Part shown: piece by piece, positions 19,316 through 28,145 of the stretch
Position numbering within the stretch: position 1 is the first letter of the stretch
Layout: each line of letters starts with the position of its first letter
NCBI GenBank assembly: GCA_002070905.1
Contig: MWEF01000006.1
Span: forward strand, 1,821 to 65,820
From: Tenericutes bacterium ADurb.Bin087
GTDB taxonomy: Bacteria > Bacillota_I > Bacilli_A > RFN20 > CAG-826
DNA length: 64,000 nt
Reading direction: 5' to 3'
The notes under the pieces: model-generated
Database searches by the model: none
The model's input: the letters and a program-made list of their open reading frames with translations, nothing else
Told to the model about the DNA's origin: nothing
Translations under genes and position numbers: made by a program

Positions 19316-20185
19316 ATGATTATAATCAGTCAGCTTTTTAATTCCTTCCGCTTTTTTGAGGGTATTGCCGACATGCTTGGTGGTTTAGATTTAATTTCCT
19401 ATATCTTTGGTTTCTTATCACAATTCCCCATCGTCGTTGATATTATCATTGCAACTGCGGTTGTTGCCGCTTTACTCCGCGGTATCTTTAAACGCTTTTG
19501 GAAAACAGTGTGGCGTGGTGTTATTTTTGTGATTCTTTTAATTGTGCTATTTTCAACTGCGGGTGTTATTGCCCCATATATCGGCAGTATTCCAATCCCA
19601 TTGCGCGGTGTTGTGAATGGTAGTAATGTTGAATATACGAATTTAGCGCAAATCATTCACGGTGTTAGTGTGGAATCAGGTAATAGCGAAGCTTATGCGG
19701 TTGCGTTTACCGACATCGTCCTTAAAAATCTCGTTATATTCTTTGGCATTCCCGCCTTATCACTTTTAACTCCTGCTGTCTCCGCGATTACCTATCCGCT
19801 TTTTAGTTTATTACTACCACGGAAATTAAGAGATGCAAAACTTGTCTTGCCACGAATTGCGATTAGTCTTGGCTTAACCTTTGTCGCGCTTGTCATCTTT
19901 ATGGCTCCAATGGCGACATTAGTGCCGCCAATGACAGCGGTTAAAGACACAATGGCAGAAGGGACACTCCTTTACAAATTTTTAAATCCCGAAATTATTA
20001 ACTTTTTAGAATTATTTACAACCCAAAAATCAGTGATGTTAAAAATTGTTGATATTGGCAATATTGCGGGTAAGATTAAAATATTTGGCACCTTTGAAGT
20101 TGATGGTGTGGCCGTTGAATTAAAAGTGGCAGTCGAAAACTTACTCGAAGCACTAAAGACTATTCCATACGAAGCCGCAGCCTAA
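19316..20185 (+). CDS. membrane protein, unknown function
   Basis: 289 aa with several TM helices. TATAAT at 19291-19296 and AGGAGG RBS at 19303-19308. Confidence 0.55.
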   Translation: MIIISQLFNSFRFFEGIADMLGGLDLISYIFGFLSQFPIVVDIIIATAVVAALLRGIFKRFWKTVWRGVIFVILLIVLFSTAGVIAPYIGSIPIPLRGVVNGSNVEYTNLAQIIHGVSVESGNSEAYAVAFTDIVLKNLVIFFGIPALSLLTPAVSAITYPLFSLLLPRKLRDAKLVLPRIAISLGLTFVALVIFMAPMATLVPPMTAVKDTMAEGTLLYKFLNPEIINFLELFTTQKSVMLKIVDIGNIAGKIKIFGTFEVDGVAVELKVAVENLLEALKTIPYEAAA

Positions 20186-20190
20186 AGTTA

Positions 20191-20577
20191 CTATTCTTTA
20201 AACATTAATTTTAAGACTTTATCAAAATCAAGTGAGTGTTGGTAGTTACCAAGCTCACTTTTTTTAATGAAAAAGACACGCCCTTCAACACTTTCTAAAA
20301 GTTCGCCTGAAAAATCATTCGTCCGATATAAAAGGGCGACGTCATTAATCCCTTTGTGGGGAAGCGGCCACACAATTTGTCCGACATACTCAGGATTCCT
20401 AATCGTTAGACCCGTTTCTTCTTTCATTTCGCGAATAACGCTCTCAGTAAATAATTCATTATCTTCGACGTGACCACCAGGAAAAGTAAGACCAGGCCAA
20501 TCATTTTTAACCCGGTTAAGTACTAAAATCTTATCCCGGGTGTACACCATACACATATTCGTATAAACATTCTTCAT
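20191..20577 (-). CDS. NUDIX hydrolase
   Basis: Nudix box FPGGHVEDNELFTESVIREMKEETGL. Confidence 0.8.
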   Translation of the reverse strand: MKNVYTNMCMVYTRDKILVLNRVKNDWPGLTFPGGHVEDNELFTESVIREMKEETGLTIRNPEYVGQIVWPLPHKGINDVALLYRTNDFSGELLESVEGRVFFIKKSELGNYQHSLDFDKVLKLMFKE

Positions 20578-20647
20578 ATTAAAAGCGTATCATAAATTGT
20601 GAATTTAAAGCAAAAAGGACAACTACATTAGTTAATAATGCGATAAA

Positions 20648-20656
20648 TGTTATAAT
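20648..20656 (+). promoter_or_regulatory. extended -10 promoter (TGtTATAAT)
   Basis: TG at 20648-20649 and TATAAT at 20651-20656. GGAAGGA RBS, then ATG at 20673. Confidence 0.45.
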
Positions 20657-20672
20657 TTAGGAAGGAAAGATT

Positions 20673-21881
20673 ATGCACATTAATAAAATAACCGTTGTTG
20701 GCCTAGGATATGTTGGTTTAGCGCAAGCACTACTTTTCAATGACGATTTTAATGTTGTTGGTTACGATACAAATCCAAAAGTTGTCGCAAGTCTTAATCG
20801 CGGACTCTTGCATATCAAGGATGAAGATTTTGCACGAGCACTCACCCGTAAAAAACTTGTCGCCACAAGTGATACAAGCTTTGCTTTTCAAAACACTAAC
20901 ATTGTAATTATTGCCACTCCAACGCACTTTGACGAAGACAAGCAAACTTTCGATCTTAGCTCTATTGATGTCACTTTAGAAAAGATTATCGCTAGTAACA
21001 CAAATCCGATTGTCATCATTAAATCAACGGTTAATGTTGGGGCCACAAAGTTTTATCAAGCAAAATATCCGCAATTAAAACTCTTCTTTGTTCCTGAATT
21101 TTTACGCGAAGGTCATGCCCTATTTGATAATTATTATCCAGCGCGAATCGTTGTTGGTTATGATAAAAGTGAAGCAAAACAGCGGCAAATTGCCATTCAA
21201 ATTGCTAATCTCTTTCGCAGATACACTAAATCAATTGACGATGTACCACTTTTAATTACAGGCACCGAAGAAGCTGAAGCAATTAAATTATTCGCTAATA
21301 GTTACTTAGCGCTTCGCGTTTCCTTCTTTAATGAAATTGACACATATGCACTAACGAAAGATTTAGCGGTGGAAGATATTATTGCAGGAATTAGTCTTGA
21401 TCCACGGATTGGCAACCATTACAATAATCCATCATTTGGTTATGGTGGCTATTGTTTACCAAAAGATAGTAAACAACTAAAAGCGCATTTTAGTTTGATT
21501 CCCGAAGAGTTAATTAGCGCGACCGTTAGCGCGAATAGTGTGCGTAAAACCTTTATTGCTAATTATATCGCCCGTATTGTCAAAAATAGTGGCAACAATG
21601 ATTATGTTGTGGGCATTTATCGTTTAACGATGAAAAAAGATGCTGATAATATGCGTGAATCTTCCATCATTGATGTTGTAACACTCCTTGCGGAACAAAA
21701 CATCAAGATGATAATTTATGAGCCGTTAATTAGTGACGTTACTTATAAAGGTATTATGGTATTAAACAATTTAGCGACATTTAAAAAGCAAAGTGATTTA
21801 ATTGTCACTAATCGGATGCACGCTGACTTAAAAGACGTTGCCGCTAAAGTTTTTACGCGCGACGTTTATTCACGTGATTAA
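20673..21881 (+). CDS. ugd: UDP-glucose 6-dehydrogenase / nucleotide-sugar dehydrogenase
   Basis: N-terminal ITVVGLGYVGL Rossmann motif and catalytic-Cys motif GYGGYCLPKD. Confidence 0.85.
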   Translation: MHINKITVVGLGYVGLAQALLFNDDFNVVGYDTNPKVVASLNRGLLHIKDEDFARALTRKKLVATSDTSFAFQNTNIVIIATPTHFDEDKQTFDLSSIDVTLEKIIASNTNPIVIIKSTVNVGATKFYQAKYPQLKLFFVPEFLREGHALFDNYYPARIVVGYDKSEAKQRQIAIQIANLFRRYTKSIDDVPLLITGTEEAEAIKLFANSYLALRVSFFNEIDTYALTKDLAVEDIIAGISLDPRIGNHYNNPSFGYGGYCLPKDSKQLKAHFSLIPEELISATVSANSVRKTFIANYIARIVKNSGNNDYVVGIYRLTMKKDADNMRESSIIDVVTLLAEQNIKMIIYEPLISDVTYKGIMVLNNLATFKKQSDLIVTNRMHADLKDVAAKVFTRDVYSRD

Positions 21882-21891
21882 GCATCGATAA

Positions 21892-22188
21892 TTATTTCTT
21901 GTCGTTAATTAATTTAATAATCATGGCGAGCATTTCATTTTTATCTTGTTCAGATAATTTTGCAATATCTTTTTCACTAATTTGTAATTGTTTTTCACTA
22001 CGCCCAAATAAATAATCAAGTGAGACATTATAAAAATCCGCAAAGCGAATCGCTAGTAAGGGATCAAGCCGCGTAATCCCACGTTCAATTTTAGAAATCA
22101 TTGATTGTGACAACATTAAAGCGTCGGCAAGCTGTTGCTGGGTCAGACCATGATTACGACGCAATGTTATTAATTTCTCGCAATACAT
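21892..22188 (-). CDS. XRE-family helix-turn-helix transcriptional regulator
   Basis: 98 aa with HTH LRRNHGLTQQQLADALMLSQSMISKIERG. Confidence 0.8.
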   Translation of the reverse strand: MYCEKLITLRRNHGLTQQQLADALMLSQSMISKIERGITRLDPLLAIRFADFYNVSLDYLFGRSEKQLQISEKDIAKLSEQDKNEMLAMIIKLINDKK

Positions 22189-22290
22189 GATTTTATTTTA
22201 ATTAAAGTCTAACGCTTTTACTTTATTAATTGCTTAATATTCTAATTTGGAATAAAATAGCATTACAAATATTCTGTAATGGAATATTCA

Positions 22291-22344
22291 AAAGACATTA
22301 TCAATGCAAAATGGCAGGAACCGAAACGCATAGATAATGTCTTT
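22291..22344 (-). terminator. long-stem terminator after the GH2 gene
   Basis: AAAGACATTATC ... GATAATGTCTTT (12-bp arms, about 30-nt loop), followed on the minus strand by TTTTG. Confidence 0.5.
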
Positions 22345-22356
22345 TCTTTAAAATAA

Positions 22357-24048
22357 TTAAGCTTTTATTAGTTTTTCATTCAGCGCCCGCATTACTTTTG
22401 GATCAATTTTTACAACTTTACGATCGTAAGTTAAGACACCATTTAACTCATCCTCAACGTCGCTTAATTGCGTGTATATCGCTGCCGCAAGACCTTTTTT
22501 AACCGCCGGGATAATTTCATTTTCATAAAGTTTAACGACTGCTTTTTCTAAAGCTTCTTTCGTATCAAATTTTTTATAACCAAAATCGGCGACGCCAAAA
22601 TAATGATTGGGAATAAGGTGGGCATACCCGCCAAATTCACTTAAGATGACACAGCGATTTTGCTTATCTTTCTTAAAGTGATACTTGCGGAAATATACGT
22701 GATGACTGCGAAACTCACCTAAACCCATATCATGCCACCCCGAGTTAACATCAATTAGTCGTGTGTTATCAAGCTCAAGCACAAACGGCAGTAATTTATG
22801 ACTATCAAATTGACCCCACCCTTCATTAAATATCGTCCATAAAACAATCGAAGGATAATTATATAAATGTTTTATTGTGCGTTTTGCTTCATCATAGAAT
22901 AATTCACGTCCGCGGGCATTTTGTCGGGCAAAACGTTTATAATTTGTATCTTTAAAGTGAATATTTAAGACAGCAGGCACGTGTACCGTTACAAAGTTAT
23001 ATGGTTCACCACCATTAACAAAATCTTGCCATACGAGTATTCCTAATCGGTCACAATGATAATAGAAACGCTCCCACTCAATTTTGATATGTTTACGTAA
23101 AACATTGAAACCCATTTCTTTGGCAACTTTAATTTCATTAACAAGTGTTGCATCATCAGGTGGCGTTAAATATCCTTCATGGTAATAACCTTGATCAAGT
23201 AATCCCGTATTAAAGAGCACTTTATTATTTAAGTGGATACGTTTAATCCCATTTTCATCAGGCGCGACACTAATTTTACGCATCGCAAAGTAAGAAGAAA
23301 CTTCGTCATCCCCATACTTTGCCACAAACGGATAAAGATGCGGGTTATCTGGTGACCAACTAATAAAATCTTTTACTTTAAGTTTATACACATTATTTGG
23401 TTTTACTTTATATTCTTGACCATCAAAGATAATAAGCGCTTCTTTCTCAGTTGTATTTGTGTTTAAAGTAATCTCAACTAAACTTTCATCATAGCGCGGT
23501 GTTATCTTTAAACTTTCAATATAATCTTGCGGCATACTCTCAAGCCAAACTGGCATAAAAATGCCACTTTGTGGTGTGTACCAAATTTGCCCACGTTTAA
23601 TCTTTTGTTTCCCGCGACTAAAATATTTAGTGTCACTATAATCACGGACTACGAGCACTAATTCATTATCTTCTTGTAAGGCTTGACTGATTTCAAAGGA
23701 AAAGGGATGAAACCCACTTTCATTGACACCAAGTTTATGCCCATTTAAATACACTGTTGTAATTTGATCAACGGCGCCGAAATGGAGCAGCACGAACTGT
23801 TTTTGAAAGCCTTTGGGTAAGCGAAAGCGTTTGCGATAGAACAGGACATCAGTGGGCGAAACATGACGCTTAACGCCTGAAAGCGGTGTTTCAGGGGAAA
23901 AAGGTACCATTATATCGCCATCAAACTTTGTAGGTACAGTTTCATCATTAGCGCGAATTGCATACTCCCACAGGCCATTAAGTGATAAATACGAATCACG
24001 AACCATAATCATTCGTGGATATTCACTAAGTGGAACGTTTGTCTTCAT
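22357..24048 (-). CDS. glycoside hydrolase family 2 (beta-galactosidase/beta-glucuronidase-like)
   Basis: GH2 sugar-binding, Ig-like and TIM-barrel regions, with acid/base WTIFNEGWG and nucleophile ILSEFGGY. Start taken as the ATG at 24048, 8 nt behind AAGGAG (ORF-track start 24069 lacks an SD). Confidence 0.8.
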   Translation of the reverse strand: MKTNVPLSEYPRMIMVRDSYLSLNGLWEYAIRANDETVPTKFDGDIMVPFSPETPLSGVKRHVSPTDVLFYRKRFRLPKGFQKQFVLLHFGAVDQITTVYLNGHKLGVNESGFHPFSFEISQALQEDNELVLVVRDYSDTKYFSRGKQKIKRGQIWYTPQSGIFMPVWLESMPQDYIESLKITPRYDESLVEITLNTNTTEKEALIIFDGQEYKVKPNNVYKLKVKDFISWSPDNPHLYPFVAKYGDDEVSSYFAMRKISVAPDENGIKRIHLNNKVLFNTGLLDQGYYHEGYLTPPDDATLVNEIKVAKEMGFNVLRKHIKIEWERFYYHCDRLGILVWQDFVNGGEPYNFVTVHVPAVLNIHFKDTNYKRFARQNARGRELFYDEAKRTIKHLYNYPSIVLWTIFNEGWGQFDSHKLLPFVLELDNTRLIDVNSGWHDMGLGEFRSHHVYFRKYHFKKDKQNRCVILSEFGGYAHLIPNHYFGVADFGYKKFDTKEALEKAVVKLYENEIIPAVKKGLAAAIYTQLSDVEDELNGVLTYDRKVVKIDPKVMRALNEKLIKA

Positions 24049-24253
24049 CTTCATTTCTCCTTTTTTCATAAGTAAATTAACCAGAATAAGATAATCCTAT
24101 TTTGTTGCTTTTTACGTTTCTATGTTCACCTTAATTATACAAGGTTTAAGGGAAGAGACATGGAAATATAATATTTATTACCATGTAATAAGCAAGAATA
24201 TATGTTATTTTTCGAAAACTAAATCATAATTTCCAAACATCGTATTGAAATAC

Positions 24254-24282
24254 TTGCAAAAAAGTGCGAACTTTATTATAGT
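24254..24282 (+). promoter_or_regulatory. sigma-A type promoter of the tRNA-Asp/tRNA-Phe unit
   Basis: TTGCAA (24254-24259), 17-nt spacer, TATAGT (24277-24282). The tRNA begins at 24292. Confidence 0.55.
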
Positions 24283-24291
24283 ATATAGGCT

Positions 24292-24367
24292 GGACCAGTA
24301 GTGTAGTGGTTAACATGTCTGCCTGTCACGCAGAAGATCGCGGGTTCGAGTCCCGTCTGGTCCGCCA
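24292..24367 (+). tRNA. tRNA-Asp (anticodon GUC)
   Basis: GGACCAG acceptor, anticodon loop CTGTCAC, T-arm GCGGG-TTCGAGT-CCCGT, encoded CCA. Confidence 0.9.
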
Positions 24368-24371
24368 GTAA

Positions 24372-24447
24372 GGCCCGATAGCTCAGATGGTAGAGCAGTG
24401 GACTGAAAATCCACGTGTCGCCGGTTCAATTCCGGCTTGGGCCACCA
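24372..24447 (+). tRNA. tRNA-Phe (anticodon GAA)
   Basis: GGCCCGATAGCTCAGATGGTAGAGC, anticodon loop CTGAAAA, T-loop TTCAATT, encoded CCA. Confidence 0.9.
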
Positions 24448-24460
24448 TCAATGCGCGAAA

Positions 24461-24487
24461 ACGGATTCTGCGGAGTCCGTTTTTTTA
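24461..24487 (+). terminator. intrinsic terminator after the tRNA pair
   Basis: ACGGATTC-tgcg-GAGTCCGT hairpin followed by TTTTTT. Confidence 0.7.
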
Positions 24488-24567
24488 GTTCTTCTTTTGT
24501 TAAAAAATAAATAGTTTTACATCTTGTTAAATTTCAGTTAAAATTCATAGTGATAGGAGAAAATTTT

Positions 24568-26997
24568 ATGGATAATAAAGTTAAAAAACGGCGTCTGCGT
24601 TTTCAGAACATTTTGCTATTGTGGCTTGTCGGTTTAGCGGGCCAATTATGTTGGAACTTAGAAAATCAATGGTTCAATACTTTCGTGTATGCCGAAATTG
24701 GTCCTTTCCCGCAAATTGTTAATGCCATGGTGGCGGTTTCAGCGATTGCCACAACGTTTGCGACCTTCTTTTTTGGGACACTTAGTGATCGTGCGGGTAA
24801 ACGTAAACCATTCATTAGCATTGGTTACATCATTTGGGGTATTTTTACGATTACCTTTGGTCTAACAGGTTTACTGACAAAATTTACGATGAACATTTGG
24901 GCGTTAGCGACAGTGATTGTTGTTGCTGATACCATTATGTCTTTCTTTGGGTCAATGGGGAATGATGCTGGGTTTAATGCGTGGACTGCTGATCTTATTG
25001 ATGATGATAATAAAGGGGCCATCGGCACCGCCATTGCCGTTCAACCAGTAATTGGAACAATTATTGGCACAGTTCTCGGCGGTATTTTAATTGATAACTT
25101 CGGTTATATTGCCTTCTTTAGTATGATGGGGGGCTTTGTTAGTTTAATCGGCGTACTCTCGCTTTTTATTCTTAAAGATTCACCAAAATTAGAAGCAAGT
25201 AAACGTGGTGGCTTTTGGCGCCAATTTAGTGAAGCTTTTAACTTCAAATATTTCTTTAGCCAAAAAGAACTCGTGCTCGTTAATATTCTTGGCGCGATTT
25301 ATTTTATTGGCTTTAATGTTTACTTCGTCCATATTGGCAACTTATTTATTTCTAATTATGGCTTTTCGACGGGTGATGCTGGGGTTATTCAAGGGATTGG
25401 CTTAATTATTGCAATTCTCTTTACGATTCCTGGTAGCCGTTTAATTAACCGCGGCAAAAGTCCACGTGTCGCGCTGATTTCGGTCTTAATGACAATCATC
25501 GGATTAATCTATTTGGGTTTAATCGGTGGTTTCCATGATGCCGCAAATATGTTTAGTGTTAACAACCTGCCCTTATTACTTGGGGTTATCGTTGTTGGCG
25601 CTGGGTATATTTTAATTATGCAAACACTTGGTGTGTGGAGTAAAGTACTCTATCCCGTTGGCAGCAAAGGCCAATTTGAAGGCTTACGCATTATCTTCTT
25701 TGTCTTAATTCCTATGGTGTTAGGTTCAAGTATTAGTCAACCAATCATTCGCCACTTTGGGATTGAAACAATTGTTGATGTGCTTGAAGATGGGACGAAG
25801 GTTATGGGGTATATCCCCACTGAAGCGCTCTTCTACTTCGCAGCAGCGATTATGGTTTTAGCGCTTATTCCGCTTATCTTCTTACGTAAAGCGTATTATA
25901 AGCGGCTCCGTGACACACGTATTCATGAAGCAGTAACGACTGCACAAGAAGAATTAGGAACGGAAGAACTCTCTTACAGTGCACCAACACCAATCTTTGA
26001 TAATAAAAAGCGTCATATCAATTTTGGCTACGCGACGGATATGGCATTTGTCTTTGATAAAAAACTCGTGAAAAAGCCCTTACGGCTTAAAGAGTGGGAT
26101 TTCTATCAAATTCAGCATGGGCGCTATGTTGTCCAATTGACAATTGGCCACATTGCTTATGCCCAAAATATTGCGATTAATTTAATCGATTTAGAAGGGG
26201 CACAAACGTATTCCGCTAGTGTTGTTAAACTCTTTAAAGGTGCGAAAAGTATGACGATGCCAACTGATCCATCCATTGATAATGAAGTTCATTACACTGA
26301 TGCGAAGAAAAAAGTGGATCTCCATTACATTACTAAAGGCCGAATTCGTCATTTATATGGTTCAATGGTTAATGATAAAGGGGTTGAATTTAAAGTTGAT
26401 GTTACACTTGAACGGTTAAAAAATCATGACGCAATGGTCATTAATACGCCATTTTCCGATACGGAACACCACTTCTATCTCAATTATAAAATTGGCAATC
26501 TTCGCGCAAGCGGTAGCTTTAGCATGGGCGATATCGCCTTTAAATTTGATCCAAAAGTAGACTTTGGCTTACTTGATTGGGGCCGCGGGGTGTGGCCACT
26601 ACGTGAAGTATGGTACTGGGGACAAGTTAATGACTACTTAGCGGACGGAAGGATGATTAACCTAAACTTAGGATATGGCTTTGGTAACCTCGCAGCGGCA
26701 AGTGAAAATATGTTAATCCTTGATGGTAAAGCATATAAACTTGGTCGCCTCTATATTGAAAATGATGTAACACAAGACTATATGGCGGACTGGGTCATTA
26801 AGTCGCCAGACGGTAAAATTAATCTCGTCATGAAAACAATTTATGACCGCTATAGCGACAACGACTTTAAAGTTATCTATATGAAATGCCATCAAGTCTA
26901 TGGCAGGTACTACGGCACAATTACGCTTGATGATGACACTATTGTGACATTAAATGGTGAGCAAGGTTTCTTTGAACGTTCCAATAATAAGTGGTAA
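24568..26997 (+). CDS. MFS transporter fused to a C-terminal soluble DUF2804-like domain
   Basis: The N-terminal ~440 aa form a 12-TM MFS (LSDRAGKRKPF). The C-terminal ~340 aa are hydrophilic and beta-rich (KEWDFYQI, LLDWGRGVWP, WYWGQ). ATG at 24568 follows TAGGAGA. Confidence 0.75.
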   Translation: MDNKVKKRRLRFQNILLLWLVGLAGQLCWNLENQWFNTFVYAEIGPFPQIVNAMVAVSAIATTFATFFFGTLSDRAGKRKPFISIGYIIWGIFTITFGLTGLLTKFTMNIWALATVIVVADTIMSFFGSMGNDAGFNAWTADLIDDDNKGAIGTAIAVQPVIGTIIGTVLGGILIDNFGYIAFFSMMGGFVSLIGVLSLFILKDSPKLEASKRGGFWRQFSEAFNFKYFFSQKELVLVNILGAIYFIGFNVYFVHIGNLFISNYGFSTGDAGVIQGIGLIIAILFTIPGSRLINRGKSPRVALISVLMTIIGLIYLGLIGGFHDAANMFSVNNLPLLLGVIVVGAGYILIMQTLGVWSKVLYPVGSKGQFEGLRIIFFVLIPMVLGSSISQPIIRHFGIETIVDVLEDGTKVMGYIPTEALFYFAAAIMVLALIPLIFLRKAYYKRLRDTRIHEAVTTAQEELGTEELSYSAPTPIFDNKKRHINFGYATDMAFVFDKKLVKKPLRLKEWDFYQIQHGRYVVQLTIGHIAYAQNIAINLIDLEGAQTYSASVVKLFKGAKSMTMPTDPSIDNEVHYTDAKKKVDLHYITKGRIRHLYGSMVNDKGVEFKVDVTLERLKNHDAMVINTPFSDTEHHFYLNYKIGNLRASGSFSMGDIAFKFDPKVDFGLLDWGRGVWPLREVWYWGQVNDYLADGRMINLNLGYGFGNLAAASENMLILDGKAYKLGRLYIENDVTQDYMADWVIKSPDGKINLVMKTIYDRYSDNDFKVIYMKCHQVYGRYYGTITLDDDTIVTLNGEQGFFERSNNKW

Positions 26998-27023
26998 TTA
27001 ATATATCATTCTCACTAAAAGAA

Positions 27024-27051
27024 AAGTCACATCTTGTGGTGTGACTTTTTT
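27024..27051. terminator. bidirectional intrinsic terminator
   Basis: GTCACATC-ttgt-GGTGTGAC hairpin flanked by A-run and T-run, between convergent genes. Confidence 0.7.
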
Positions 27052-27069
27052 AATGGTTCAAATCAATTA

Positions 27070-27576
27070 TTATTTATTCATAATTAGGGCAATAATGATG
27101 GCAATAATGATTAAAGTAATAAGCGTAACCACGCGTAATATTTTTACCATTTTAATACGCTTTTGAATAAGCGGATCACAAATTATTGCATTTTGTATTT
27201 CTTCAACGACTGACTCCGTCGTAAGTTCCACGAACGAATGGATTGTGCTTGTTTCAAAGCGCAAATCAATGTCTGTACTCTCATTTAAATTAATGATCGT
27301 TCGATAAATTGCTTCTTGATTTAATGTTTTAATCCGTAAATCCAAAAGCCCAAAAATAGCGACAATAAACATTAATAATTGCCATAATAACCATAATTTA
27401 CTTCGTAATAAGGCTCGACGAACAATGACAAGTTCTACCTCGGCCGCGTCCGTCTTATATTCAAAAAGTAAGTGGCCCATATTATCGCCCTTTGCTTTTA
27501 CCCTTTTTCCATCAAAAAGATAGAGCACATTATGGTGCTGCGGATTAAGGACACGCAATTTTAAAGTGTTTGTCAT
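27070..27576 (-). CDS. membrane protein, unknown function
   Basis: 168 aa with a soluble N-terminus, one central TM helix and one C-terminal TM helix. Its start overlaps the upstream gene stop (ATGA). Confidence 0.5.
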   Translation of the reverse strand: MTNTLKLRVLNPQHHNVLYLFDGKRVKAKGDNMGHLLFEYKTDAAEVELVIVRRALLRSKLWLLWQLLMFIVAIFGLLDLRIKTLNQEAIYRTIINLNESTDIDLRFETSTIHSFVELTTESVVEEIQNAIICDPLIQKRIKMVKILRVVTLITLIIIAIIIALIMNK

Positions 27577-28076
27577 GCAGTGCCTCCTACAAGGGTATAT
27601 ATTAATGTAACAAGCGCAAAGACGACGATAAAAATCGCACTCACGAAGCGAAAGCGGCGCACTGGTAATTTGCTCGTATAGAGTAAAATTAACGCTAAAA
27701 TAGTGACACTAAAGATTGTCGCGCTAATGAACGGTGTATACGTCACAATCTTATCAATTAGTGCCATTGCTTGTTCGCGACTTGCTAAAATATCAATTAA
27801 ATTTTTCCAGTGTCGCGAGTGCTGCGGATCAATAATTAAAATCGTCCCTAGTGTAATAAGAAAGATAAAGGATAGGATTGTGAGCCCTATCATAAAAATG
27901 ATAATAGTAGTGATTGAAATAAGGGTACGCGCCAGTAAAAGTAAAATAAAAAGTAGCGTTATAGCGACGCCAAGACGCCACAATATCACTCCAAGATGGT
28001 GGCGATTAATTCGTCCATCATCCTTTTTATTTACGATTTGATTATGATTAGCGACATAATTTTTAACGTCAAACAA
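27573..28076 (-). CDS. membrane protein, unknown function
   Basis: 167 aa with about 4 TM helices. TTG start lies 8 nt behind AAGGAG. Confidence 0.5.
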   Translation of the reverse strand: MFDVKNYVANHNQIVNKKDDGRINRHHLGVILWRLGVAITLLFILLLLARTLISITTIIIFMIGLTILSFIFLITLGTILIIDPQHSRHWKNLIDILASREQAMALIDKIVTYTPFISATIFSVTILALILLYTSKLPVRRFRFVSAIFIVVFALVTLIYTLVGGTA

Positions 28077-28145
28077 CTTAGTATCTCCTTAGTATTAATA
28101 GTGATAATGACCATTCACTACCATATTGTAGCGAAAAATAAGTAT

